Below, piece by piece: positions 40,011-52,761 of a DNA stretch of 64,000 nucleotides. Each line of letters starts with the position of its first letter. Within the stretch, counting starts at the first letter, position 1. This stretch comes from Octopus sinensis (lineage: Eukaryota), in assembly GCF_006345805.1 (NCBI RefSeq), contig NC_043002.1:30318001-30382000 (forward strand), given 5' to 3'. Made by a program: the position numbers and the translations under genes. The notes under the pieces are model-generated. The model worked only from the letters and a program-made list of their open reading frames with translations. It ran no database searches and was not told where the DNA came from.

Positions 40011-41241
40011 CAGATCGGTTATAATTATAATAACAAATGCCTAATATTTTGACACTGTAGGAGAAAGCTTAACCTACAATGTAGCTACATGTCACATAAC
40101 AGCTCCTTAAAATGAAAAAAAATAAGAAAAAGAAAGAGAAAAATAGCTCATTTGGAAGACATTTCACAGCCCATATCCCAGCATGCCAACATATTCTGTT
40201 GGAAACATTAAACTACTTTTGAATGCCATAAAAATATTTAATCTTCGAGCCAGACTTAACAACATGCCATATCTGGAGGAACTAGCGTTCCCTTAAAGGA
40301 TTTCTCTCGAAAATTCCGGACAATAAATTAAGTAAATGTCAATTTGTAAGTCGCAGAAATACAGAAATACACACATACACATATGCATATATGAACAAAC
40401 ATTCACAAACAGCTACACATAGGCGCACACTCAGGCATCAAGTTAATCTCTCGTCTCACAAACACATACACTATGGAAAAGCGTATGTTTACAGACAATC
40501 ATACATACATAAACTCGGCATGCATATGATACTTCTTCACAAACATAATATACAATATTGCATGTTTTTCTCGTTTGTATTATGACGAGTCTTGTCAAAA
40601 GAGCAACGCTAGAGATATTCCTGTAACTCTTCTCAATTTATTTCGCATTTTTTTTTTCTCATGGCTCTTGTACATACATTTATCGGTTAGAAATATCTCA
40701 AGAAGACCTTATTATTGTTAGTAAATAAGTTACTCAGCATCTGAGAAAAAGCTGAGTTTAAATATTGATTTTGTTGACTTGAAAATTTTATCATCTACGA
40801 AACCAATCGCTTCGTAAATGACAAAGAAATTCGCAAGAGTGCAAGAGGTATACAAAACTTCGGCTTTAGATAAACTGTTCATTTAAGCTATTAAAGGTAC
40901 ATTAAGGTACTGTGAATGATCTATTCATAATATTACATCCTCCCAAATGTATGACTTTCAGTGAAGGTGGGTCCATGTTTTGTCATGACAAGCTTATAAC
41001 TTCATGTTGTTGTTTTTTCTTTTTCCGACGCCGTTCTTATGTTTGTTATACAACCATTGCAGATGGCAGTTTTGTGACTGAATGGTGGCCAGATGTCTTT
41101 CAATATTCCCTGATAAATTTTAGCGAATTACATTTTGTTTCTGAAAGATGCTTATGATTACATACAATCACGTAATCATCTTTCAGTAGATAAATATGAT
41201 TTACTAAATTTTTTCTAGAAAGGTACACACACAGACACACA

Positions 41242-41326
<85 letters not shown>

Positions 41327-42499
41327 CGTTATATATATATATAATACATATCCGTAAAATGGAAGAGAAGCACATGTAGGTTTGAGAGAAGCACAAAATA
41401 GACCACAAGGAATTAGTTTTTATGTCACCAGACGGAAAGAATTGGAATCTCATCACAAAACTTGCCTGAATAGTACCTAGATATTAGTGACCGCTGTACC
41501 TCCGTTCCTAATGTATCCATAAATTACGGCTGTATATCTCTAACTAGCTAGACCAGAGAAGTAGCTTGCAGGTAAACAACACAAACAAATACATTGCACT
41601 AAGTATCACACAATAACTGTCTATTTCGTGTGAATCACAAAATTTCCAGTAAAAGTGGTTGAGGACCCAAAAGAAAGAGTAACTGATTCCTGCGTAATAC
41701 CAGTCCTTGAGCTCCCTATTCGTGTCTGATTTGCTTAAGATGGCTCCGCAGTGTTGTTATTTTGGTAGTGAGATTGGTTAAAAAGAATGAGAATTCTATC
41801 GTACTTGGCATGCGATTAAGATCGGTGTCAGTTCTAGAGAAGGACAATAGCTCTGTGGAGCAATGATCTTGGCCAAATCAAGAATCCTGATTATCGGGTT
41901 CATCTCGTGCCCATCAACTCCGCTTTTTCTGGTTCACAGGCACAGTGTGGAATTCTTCTTTCGATCAGACTCACTTAAATTTCTTTCATGATCTTGGAGA
42001 ACCCTAGTGAGATGAAAAGAATCTGGCAAATGGTTACAACCAAAAAACTTCTGCATGTTGAATATAGCTGGATGTTGGTCCATCAACACAGTTTCAAATC
42101 ACAGAATTGAGTTATTTTACTACAAGAAGCTGGCGTGCTTATTAACAAACCGGCGATTCTAGCCAATACTTGGGCAAGTAAATTCATAAAAAGCATATAA
42201 TCAGTAAAATCTAGCATTTTAGTGGAAAAGCACGATTAAAAGTTTGAGCAATAATACTGCTGTCTTTATATAGTGAATCACCGATTGCATCAGTTAAATT
42301 TAAGCTGAACCATTGAAAAAGAGAGACACATATATAGTGAGACGACATCACTTAGATCATATATAGAAATGCACGCGCGCGCGCGCACACACACATGCAC
42401 AACAGAAGGCACGTAGCCCTATTCCTTGGCTGTTAATCTAAGTTCATAAAGTCATGGTTTCGATTTCTAGACCAGCCGCACTTGTACATTTGAATAAAA

Positions 42500-42735
42500 T
42501 ACAGGGTGGCCCGAAACTTAATATTTCATTTCAGAATTTTAAAATCCTCTTATTTACTTAATATTCACATTTATTCATTTATTTTTTTATAAACTACACT
42601 TCTTGGAAATCATAAAAAATTTGTTTTGAAAATTGTTCGTCACATGTCCACCATTTTGTTCTTGACAATGGCGGGCTCTGTCTAAAGAATCTAATGGCTT
42701 TCAGGCCACACTATAATATTTATCGTTACTCCTGT
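42500..42735 (-). mobile_element. Tc1/mariner 3' terminal fragment
   Basis: TA-CAGGGTGGCCCGAAA terminus at about 42500; minus strand encodes the EQNGGHV-type transposase C-terminus. Confidence 0.55.
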
Positions 42736-43960
42736 TAAGTCAGCCGCAATTAAATACCTGCCGAATGATGGTGCAGCCCTTTCACCTTCCAACTATCACA
42801 GTCACGAGGTTTTGGTGGAGTGTGGGACGGCTATGAGTGTGTCTCTGAATGCTAGCGACTACATCGGTAAGGAAAACAATTAGCTATAGGTGGTATATTT
42901 TAGAAGGTCAAACTTGTTTTCGAGTGATGATTAAACTATTAGGGTGTGCATGTGTGTAAGTCTAGGCTATATACACAGATGTGCTTCCCATGACACATCT
43001 GAAATCATTAAAAAAATATCATATTTATCACAAAATAGCTCAATAAATAATTCAAATAAAATGGGTTCCAGCAATGACAACGTCTGCGTAATAAGTAAAA
43101 AGGAAGTAAGAGAATCTCCAATATACACTACAAAAAACATATATAAACAAGTACACACACACATACGTAAATGCACCCGTGAATATATCTCTGCATGAAA
43201 AATCTACCTGTCTTTCTCTGAGTCTAAATCTCCCCCTCTCTCTTTATCTCTGCATATTATATATATATATATCTATACAGTCTTACACATGCGTATGCAT
43301 ATATATATATATATATATATAATATATATATATGTATATACATCATGTATACATATATATATTTGTGTATTTATATATCTATATATATATAAGTATGTAA
43401 CATATACATAAGCAAGTATGTATATACATACACACACATACCTACATACATGCACATGCATGCGTATTTATACAGGCGCCTCCATATATATTCAAACATT
43501 TTCGCTGAGGTAGTAAACATCGAAAGAGGACAATGTCAGAGGAAATTGTAGAGGAAAATTATATAAATTTAATTAAAAATTTATCCTATGTAAATCCAAT
43601 ATTTAGCTAAGATTGTTATCTAGTTGTAACAAAGTAAAGAATATGGGGACATATTTGATGATTTTTCTTGATAAAAATGCCACAAGAGATCCAGGCTTCC
43701 CTACTGCTATTTCGTCATTTCTAGCTCCCCCGACCTGGCCTCAAAATCCATTTTGTCTTGTAAAATATAATGTAATGTATATCCACACACACGTGTGCGC
43801 GCTCACACATACATACACGAATATGTCTACATTCACTCAAACATAAATATATATCACTATATCTATATATCTATATATATCTATATATATTTATATACAC
43901 ACAAATTTATATGCATATATATATATATATATATATATGCAAATGTATGTGCACTCACAT

Positions 43961-44010
<50 letters not shown>

Positions 44011-45094
44011 ACACACACACATATATATAAATACGCACAAACATATATGCAAATATATGCATTTAAGTATGTATACAAATTCGTGGGTGGTGAGGATTGA
44101 ATGTTTATGAAACATTGCTTATATATATATGTGTGTGTCTATATAATTATCTGTGTATATACATGTATAAATATATATATAGATATGTTGGTATGCAGGT
44201 TTATGTATACATACACACACATACATGTCCAATATATATGCGTATGTACATAATATATATTATATATATATATATATATATTGTATATATATATATGTAT
44301 ATACCCAAGTGTATATTATGTATAAATTATGCATGATTACATATATATGTATATTTTTATACATATGTATATATATATGTATATAAAATACATACATATG
44401 TATATATTTATATGTATAAATGTAAATGGAAGCATTATGATAGCATATGCGTATATAAATGTGTGTGTATGAAATTGTTGATTTATATTTAAAACATTAT
44501 TTTACATAAATTTAAATGTTTTCTTTTCATTTCATTCATGACAACAATGATGACGCCATTTTGTTACAATCTAAATTGTTTTGTTTTATCATCTCGGCCA
44601 TCTTTTTTTCTATTTACACAAAACTGAAAAGATTGAAACAGGCAAAAGACAAAGCCATACAGAAAAATCACATTCGTACACACACACATACAGCCACCGA
44701 CGTACATGCGGAATCTAAAAATCATATTTTCTTTTCTTTTCAATATTTTTTGATATATCGCTGCCGTTTAAATAAAATTTGCTTTTGATCGTCGTTGTAT
44801 TTACCGTTCAGCTTTAGGTTAATCCTGATCAAGCAGACTAGGTTTAAAAGTGGTATAACCATCTTCATCTCGACTTTTCATTATTATGTCCGGATAAAGA
44901 TTATCTAATATGTAACCCAATGCGTAATGAATTTCGTCAAGATTATAGGGAACGATTTGAGAGAGATATGACCGCTATTTCTCGCAGGCCACTACATCTG
45001 ATAGAAATAACAGTGCTATAATTGCCTATATATTGAGCAGCCCTTAAGAAATCATAATTGAAATGGTCTTTAATAGTGACTAATATCAAATACT

Positions 45095-45308
45095 GGTTTC
45101 AAATTTTGGCGAAATGTCAGCAAATTCGTGTAAGATTTAAGTCGATTACATCGACACCAGTTCTCAACTGGTACTCAATATATCAATCCCAGAAGGATGA
45201 AAGGCAAAGTCGACCTCGGTGGCGTACCAAATCAGAGCGTAAAGACAGTCAAAATGCCTCTAAGCATTTTGCTCAGCGTACTAACGATTCTGGCAGTGCG
45301 CCACCTTA
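45095..45308 (-). mobile_element. SINE family B
   Basis: AAGTCGATTACATCGAC...GGATGAAAGGCAAAGTCGACCTCGG...CTAACGATTCTGGCAG. Confidence 0.8.
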
Positions 45309-45369
45309 ATTGAAAACGTACGTTATCCAATCTTGTAGCTTCATAAAACCATTGCAAATGTGTTTTTAG

Positions 45370-45960
45370 CATAAAATAAGATTAATTTCTAAGATCTACT
45401 ACACCGAACAATGTTTGGAGCGTAACTTAATTTGACTTTCAGCAAATTGAAGAGTTTATATCTATGAGTTCTTAGGAAATAGATTTTAAGTAATGTTAAC
45501 AAGCTCTTACCGATATCAGTAAAAAAAAATTCTAGGTTGAATGGAAATCTTTGAAATTCCCCTCGGATTCTTCTGCAATACTTGTGTCGTTAGAACCACT
45601 CTTCTTTATAGTGGCATGGTCCTATTGAAGATCTCTGTGTCCGTTGAGAGATTGCTGATAACAGCAAATAGATTACGAATTATATCTGACTAGGTTAAAT
45701 TGTGTATAAACAAACTGCCTTGCCATTGGACTTCCTGTAGGGATCGAACTTACTCGTCCGGCAGTTTCGAGTTACGTCTAGGAATTTAACCTTTGTCGAG
45801 TAGGTGGTAACAATCATATTGAAACCATATTCTTTGAACACTCTACCAACATCTAGTGCGCAGTAAGTAGACTTCAAGCTTATAGCAAATAACAAAAGTT
45901 ATGTTAATTGCATTACAACCACGAGAACTGAACTGTCCTACAGAGACCTCAACAACAAAA
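45370..45960 (-). pseudogene. Penelope-like element RT C-terminal/thumb fragment
   Basis: Manual translation across frameshifts: RVFKEYGFNMIVTTYSTKVKFLDVT...FDPYRKSN; IIRNL...ISNLSTDTEIFNRTMPL; KKSG; TDIGKSLLTLLKIYFLRTHRYKLFN...VKLSY.PNI. The order matches PLE motifs (VNFLDVT..PYRKPN..SNHP..TNIGK.FL.L..KHFP..H..HKIFN...VKVSY). Confidence 0.75.
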
Positions 45961-46149
45961 TGTCCGTCTAAGTTTCTTTGAAACTCTCTACTCTGTCCCC
46001 GAAAATCCGATAAAGAGCATGTATCCTACGCGTTAACCTAATATGAAATTGTCCGGAAGAGAATGAAAGTATTATTTAATACATGTAACTCCAACCAAGT
46101 ATATTGAGTGTTACAATTTTCATTGCTCACTCATTCATGTGTGTATGTA

Positions 46150-46191
<42 letters not shown>

Positions 46192-46248
46192 ATATATTAT
46201 ATATATATATATATAAATATATAGATATGTGTATATATTATATATCTG

Positions 46249-46338
<90 letters not shown>

Positions 46339-46440
46339 ATATAATATATATGATATATATATATATATGTATATATATATAGATATATATATATATAATA
46401 TTATATATACACATACATACATACATACATACATAAATAT
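46150..46440. repeat. (TA)n microsatellite
   Basis: Direct. Confidence 0.95.
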
Positions 46441-46722
46441 GTGTGTGTTTGTGTTGTAATCTACTGCTTCGTGATGGTAAGATAAACAAAAAAGTACTCC
46501 ATCTGATGAGAGATAAATATTATTTAATAGACAAAATACGTGTTTTTCGGTACTAAATTCTTTTAAACTTCCACATTTTCTATATGCTACTTCTCTTATT
46601 CAATTTTAGTTCGTGGTTTGTGCCTGGTGAATATGTTTGAAGGATTTCTCAACATATGAAACTATTAGTAGCACATAAAAACACGTACTGTGTCTATCAG
46701 GTAATTTATATATATATATATA

Positions 46723-47262
46723 ATTTAAATAACGAGGGTGATAAATTGAATATTAATTTAATTAATATCAATTTAAAACCAGTAGCCTAGCATATATAAA
46801 AAAATCTGAAAAATCAGAAAAATTTCAATACATGCGAATATTTAGGGATAAACACTTGGTGGATAACCAATGTGCTTGAAGAAGGTCACATACGAATCTA
46901 ACTACAAAGAAAAGAATGTTCTCTAGAGAAATTCAGCTAATACCAGAGCATAAGCGGGCAAGACAGAAGAAAATATATAAAAATCAAGAATTAATCGTCG
47001 ACCGGTTTTGTCTATTACCGATAAATTACGTAATTTTTTCGTCCGCAGACTCGTCAGTACGATCGTTCCAATTAAATATAATTTGTAAAACTAAACACTA
47101 GTTGTCCTTATAAAACTAGACATGTGCTTAGCTCCACCGATTACATTGGGGTTATTTTCAAATGTCTAAGTTCTGGCGCGCTAAATTCTGCATCTCTTTG
47201 TAGTTAGATCGTATGTGATCTTCTTCTAGCATATTGGGTATCCACCTAGTGGTTATCCCTAA

Positions 47263-47263
<1 letters not shown>
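46723..47263. mobile_element. Diverged copy of the 546-bp HHR element with a terminal inversion
   Basis: 46731-46840 matches 6131-6237; 46841-47184 matches 5690-6052 (CTCTAGAG..ATTCAGC..GCGGGCA; GTGCTTAG..GATTACAT..TTTCAAATGTCT..GGCGCGCTAA); 47195-47263 is the reverse complement of 46841-46910 (7 differences in 70 nt). Confidence 0.75.
46994..47063 (-). ncRNA. Type I hammerhead motif in the diverged copy (GAAA reads AAAA)
   Basis: ATCGT-A-CTGACGA-GTCT...AGAC-AAAA-C-CG-GTC-G-ACGAT; stem I ATCGT/ACGAT, stem II GTCT/AGAC, palindromic ACCGGT stem III, GUC triplet. Confidence 0.6.
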
Positions 47264-47296
<33 letters not shown>

Positions 47297-47323
47297 GTAA
47301 AGAGAACTCAAATGGCGCTAAAG

Positions 47324-47399
47324 ATTTACGATAGCTGTTTCGGTAGATATTTTTTTTTGATTACATAAAAACATAAATTTCACCATCTTCAGATGAAAT
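47324..47399 (-). ncRNA. Degenerate type I hammerhead motif (different family)
   Basis: ATTTCAT-CTGAAGA-T-GGTG...TACC-GAAAC-AGCT-ATC-GTAAAT; stem III is one substitution from the palindrome ACAGCTGT. Confidence 0.5.
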
Positions 47400-47554
47400 T
47401 TTAAGCAGGTAAGTTCTGAAACAGGTGAAATTTCATACACCGAACCTAACGAATCCAACGTCGGAATGATGTTGAAGTGATAGCAAATGTAAGAATACTG
47501 TATCACTTGTATTGTAGGAAACTGAGGTGGGGATCGCATTTATTACTCAACTAG

Positions 47555-47695
47555 TAATCATTTTTCTGACCCTGAAATGCTAAAAGGCTAAATCGTCATC
47601 AGCGGGATTTGAACTCAATAAATAAAGAATCGAAAGACATGCTACTAAATATTTTGCCCGACGTGGAAACAATTATGCCAGCTCACTGACTTAAT
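47555..47695 (-). mobile_element. SINE family B fragment
   Basis: GGGATTTGAACTCA...TTTTGCCCGACGTG...TGCCAGCTCAC. Confidence 0.65.
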
Positions 47696-47779
47696 AATGA
47701 TGATGATGATGATAATAATAACAATAATAATCATAACAATAATGATGATGATGATAATAATAATAATAATAATGATATA

Positions 47780-47835
<56 letters not shown>

Positions 47836-47978
47836 GCGACAACAACAATGGCGAAAGCAACGTCAACGACGACGCCGAAAGCAAAAACACCAACAAGAAA
47901 AACAACAGCGACGACAAGAATAATAGCAAGAACAATATGATGACAACAACAACAACAACAACAATAATAATAATAATC

Positions 47979-48035
<57 letters not shown>
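47696..48035. repeat. Compound (AAT)n/(GAT)n/(AAC)n microsatellite
   Basis: Direct. Confidence 0.9.
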
Positions 48036-49009
48036 GATTCAGCAATCACAAATAGGCTAAATATTTTATTTCACCATATTTATTTATTCATACATTCTCA
48101 TGAAAGTTGAGACTTAAACAAAAGAATACGTAACTCAATTATTTTAGCCAAGATATAATCTTAAATCTCATTTTTTCATCACTATGTTTCATTCTTTTAA
48201 TTTATGAATATACACATACACACATGTATATATATATATATATACATGCTTATAAATATATCCATTTATATCCAACTGTTTCTTGCATCCTGTAGTGCTC
48301 CACCCTACATCCTAGCAAGACTATCCACAGAATATTAGTTGACTTTATATTTCGCATATAATATATTACAGCAGTTTTTCTTGCCCCAAATTAATAACAG
48401 ATGAATTTTATTGTTTCCCAGGCAAAGAAAAATAAATGCATATTCACGCAAGAAAATATGTGTCCTTGTCGATTCGCTGCTAATATTATAGTTTATTATT
48501 AATATTACTAATAATCTGATCTTTACTTTTGTGTACACACACACAAACTCACAAATACATACTCACACACATATGTACTATAAAGTGCTATACGCAAACA
48601 CATTTCGGCTATTGTAGTAAATCCCGCACTTCACTATTATAGTGTGTTACGACGAAGAGCAAGCAACAAACTACGTAATAAACCAGGGTTTGGAATATGA
48701 ACCACGTAAAAGCTGAATAAAATACACAGAACCTATGTGGCACTTTATGCTTAAACACCGAAAAAGTGCGTTAACAAGATTGTATAAATTCTCAACAGCC
48801 AATAATCAATCCTGGCAGTAATATACCGAAACACGTGTATATTATATAGAGCATACAATGACATATGTTTTCTGCTTTTTTATACATTTCTGCGTATACA
48901 TATACATACACACATATCCATATACATGTGTACGTAAATACATATGCATAAATATATTTTTGTATCTCTCTTTTTCTCTCTCCCTCTCTCTTTTTATATA
49001 TATATACAT

Positions 49010-49145
49010 ATAGGTTCAGGAGTGGCTTCAGCAAACACATGGTTCCGCGTAATGTCCCACTGCGTGACACCTTGGATAAGTGTATTTTACTATAGCCTCG
49101 AGCCGTGCCTTGTGAGAGGATTTCGTAGACGGAAACTGAAGAACC
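49010..49145 (+). mobile_element. SINE family A, 5' half
   Basis: AGGAGTGGC...ATGGTTCC...CCACTGCGTGACACCTTGG...GTAGACGGAAACTGAAGAA, running into a TA/GT tract. Confidence 0.75.
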
Positions 49146-49179
49146 TATTGTATATATATATATATATAATATATATTAT

Positions 49180-49262
<83 letters not shown>

Positions 49263-49304
49263 GTGTGTGTGTGTAAGTTTGTATGTATGTATGTATGCGT
49301 ATTC

Positions 49305-49591
49305 TTTTATTCTTCTTTCAGTCTTTCACTTCTTTCAGTCATTAGACTGCGGCCATGCTGGGACATCACCTTGTGGAATTTTTAGTGGAACTAATCGACC
49401 CCAGTACTCATTTTTAACGCAGGGTTCTTATTCTATCCGTTTCTTTTGCCGAACTGCTAATGCAATAGGAACGTAAATACACCATAATTGGTTGTCAAGC
49501 GGTTGTGGTAAAAAACCATAAAAACGAAGACACTCACATTCTTAGATACATACACACATACACACACAATATATACACTCACACACGCACA

Positions 49592-49637
<46 letters not shown>

Positions 49638-49905
49638 AATCCAAAAGGGAAACAAAAAAACAACAACAACAGGAACAATACAGTATATTCGTATATTATA
49701 TATATATATATATATATACACAACACACACACACACATATATAATATATATATATATATATAATATATGTTTCAATTTCTGTCTACCAATGCACTCATAT
49801 GACTTTGGTCGCTCCGATGCTATTGTAGAGGACTGTTGTCCTAGTTGCTGCGCAGTCGGACTGAACCCGGGGCTGTGAGGTTGGAAAGCAAATTTCTTAC
49901 GATAC
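49305..49905 (-). mobile_element. SINE family A with a greatly expanded internal microsatellite
   Basis: 3' half at 49305-49520 and 5' half at 49770-49905, separated by about 250 bp of CA/TA repeats at the usual internal position. Confidence 0.7.
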
Positions 49906-50604
49906 AGGCGGCTCAGAGAGAGTGATGGAGGAGGGAAACAAATAGTTTATTTGAAGAGGTTGAATGGCTTGTTAATCTGAGATTTCGACAGTGAACAACC
50001 GATTCTTCAGACAATTCAGACAGTTCAAGTACTGCTACAAAACATGGAAACTCCAGCATTACTAGTCACTGTACTTTTGTGCCCAACAGCATGCATGTAC
50101 ACATACACACACACCCATAAAATATCGCGTTTTGTTAAACGTGTTTAACTTTATTTTTTCATTAACAGAAAAAAATTAGAATTGGCTGCTCGCCATTTTC
50201 CACATTATATGTTCCCCTCTATTATTAATTCTTGAAATCTACTGGCATGTATATAAGCCGCGATTTCTTTTACTATGTTTTTGCTTTCCGATTATGACGG
50301 TATCACCAAACATTTTAGCTAATACTCGACACATAGTTTTGTATCCTGAAAAAATATGCCACATTTTCATATATTTACCTTCTTGTTGTATATACGACAT
50401 TGCTTTCCTTTCCCCTGAGCATTCATTTTAACTACCATTACATTTTGTTATATTATTTTCTCTAAGCATAAATCTATAGAATTATTTTGAGCCCTTTCCG
50501 AAGATCCTTTGAACTAATATCTATTTTTGTAGTCTTTTATTCTTTAAATAGTTTTAGTCATCGCTTCGCTAGCCCATCCCATTGACCTCTGTACATATAT
50601 TTCA

Positions 50605-50749
50605 TTTAAGTTGCTTACCAACCACATCCTTCCGGATTCAGTCATACTGCGTGACACCTTGGGTAAGTGCCTTCTACTGTAGCCTCGGGCCAACCAAAGA
50701 CTTGTGAGTGGATTTGGTGGACGGAAACTGGAAGAAGTCTGTCGTAATA

Positions 50750-50787
<38 letters not shown>

Positions 50788-51018
50788 TGTGTGTGTATGT
50801 GTGTGTGTGGGTTTGTCCCTCCCACCATCACTCTACAACAGATGTTCGTGTGTTTACGTCTCCGTAACGTAGCAGTTCGGCAAAAGCAACCGATAGAATA
50901 AGTACTAGGCTTACAAAGAATAAGTCCTAGGGTTGATTTGTCCGACATAAGGCAGTGTTCCTGTATGGCCGCAGTCAAATGACTGAAACAAATAAAAGAA
51001 TAAATGAATAAATGAATA
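50605..51018 (+). mobile_element. SINE family A
   Basis: Aligns with 52229-52643; tail (AATAAATG)n. Confidence 0.85.
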
Positions 51019-51354
51019 CTATCGGTCGCTGTTTGACGAAACACTAGGTTTAGGCTCCTGTAGGAACACAGCAAAAAACACAGACATAGACACAGACAAT
51101 CATACACACACGCACACACATACACACACAGACAATCATACACAGACTCACACATTTCAACGGTAGGCTTCTGTACAGTTTTCGACTACCGAATTTCATT
51201 CACATGCTATTACTCATTCTTAAGTATATGATTGATTATGTCTGTGTTTTTATGTATCCAAACTTTACTTACTTCTCTATTTGCGTTTATGGCTATGAAT
51301 GCGTGCATGCGTGCGTATGCATGCGAATGTCATCATGCGCACCTGTGTGCGTAC

Positions 51355-51467
<113 letters not shown>

Positions 51468-52228
51468 ATGTGGGTTTCTGTGAGCTGCTGCTACAAAAAA
51501 AAAACAGCAACAACAAAAAAAGCCATTTAGTGCGTTACTTATCCGACAACAAGATTTATAACGCTCGTTAAGGAATTAGTATTAATCCTGGCTGGGAAAT
51601 CCTACTGCATCTTTTAGAGAATATGACAAGCGAGAGGAAGAGTCTAGGAAAAAAGAAAAAAGAAAGGGAGAGAAAAGGATGGAGTGGCACGGAGATGGAG
51701 ACGCAGATAGAGAGGGAGAGTATAAGAGAGAGATAGGATGAGATGAATTAAATCACACAATTCCATGTGAGTGTGTGTGCGTGTGTGTGTGAGTGAGAGA
51801 GAGAAGTGGTGACAGGGGGAGAAAGAGAGATGAGGAGTGAGAGACAGAGGGAGAGAGGAAGAAGAGAGAGGGGTTATATTGGGAATGAGAGACAGTGGGA
51901 AAGATTGGGAAGAAGACAGAGGAAGGTGGGGGAAAGGGAAGAAAAGACCGGGAGAGAGAGAGAGAGAGAAACGTGGCGGCTGTAGTAAATACAGAAGAGT
52001 AGAAAGAGAGATTTGATGGAGGAAGAGTTAATGGTAGTCAATAAGTGAATGCTAGACAGAGAAAGATAGAGACTGGCAGACAAAGGTGGAAAATATATTT
52101 AATAGAAAGACTGGAAGTAGGTAAGCGAGGAGAAGGTGAGCACGCGTGATATTAAGAAAAAATAAAGAGAGAGAAATTTGGAAAGAGAGTAAGTGAAGGT
52201 GGATGGGGAAAGCAAGCAAAGATACACA

Positions 52229-52643
52229 TAGGCGCAGGAGTGGCTGTGTGGTAAGTAGCTTGTTTACTAACCACATGGTTCTGGGTTCAGTCCCACTGCG
52301 TGGCACCTTGGGAAAGTGTCTTCTACTATAGCCTCGGGCCGACCAAAGCCTTGTGAGTGGATTTGGTAGACGGAAACTGAAAGAAGCCCGTCGTATATAT
52401 GTGTATATATATATATATGTATGTGTGTGTGTTTGTGTGTCTGTGTTTGTCCCCCTAGCATTTCTTGACAACCGATGCTGGTGTGTTTACGTCCCCGTCA
52501 CTTAGCGGGTCGGCAAAAGAGACCGATAGAATAAGTACTGGGCTTACAAAGAATAAGTCCCGGGGTCGATTTGCTCGACTAAAGGCGGTGCTCCAGCATG
52601 GCCGCAGTCAAATGACTGAAACAAGTAAAAGAGTAAAAGAGTA
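52229..52643 (+). mobile_element. SINE family A, full length, best-preserved copy
   Basis: A box TGGCTGTGTGG, B box GGTTCAGTCC, internal TA/TG tract, tail (GTAAAAGA)n. Confidence 0.9.
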
Positions 52644-52761
52644 TTTATTCATCAATATGCGATACATACATGCATACGCTCACACACACACACACATACA
52701 CGTTATCCTACTCACACAGACATACACACAAACATACGTACACGCACATGCACATATACAT

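Noticed and set aside
48645-48680. GACGAAGAGC-AA-GCAACAAAC-TACGTA, resembling the short HHR family
   Set aside because: Too many core mismatches and no flanking homology.
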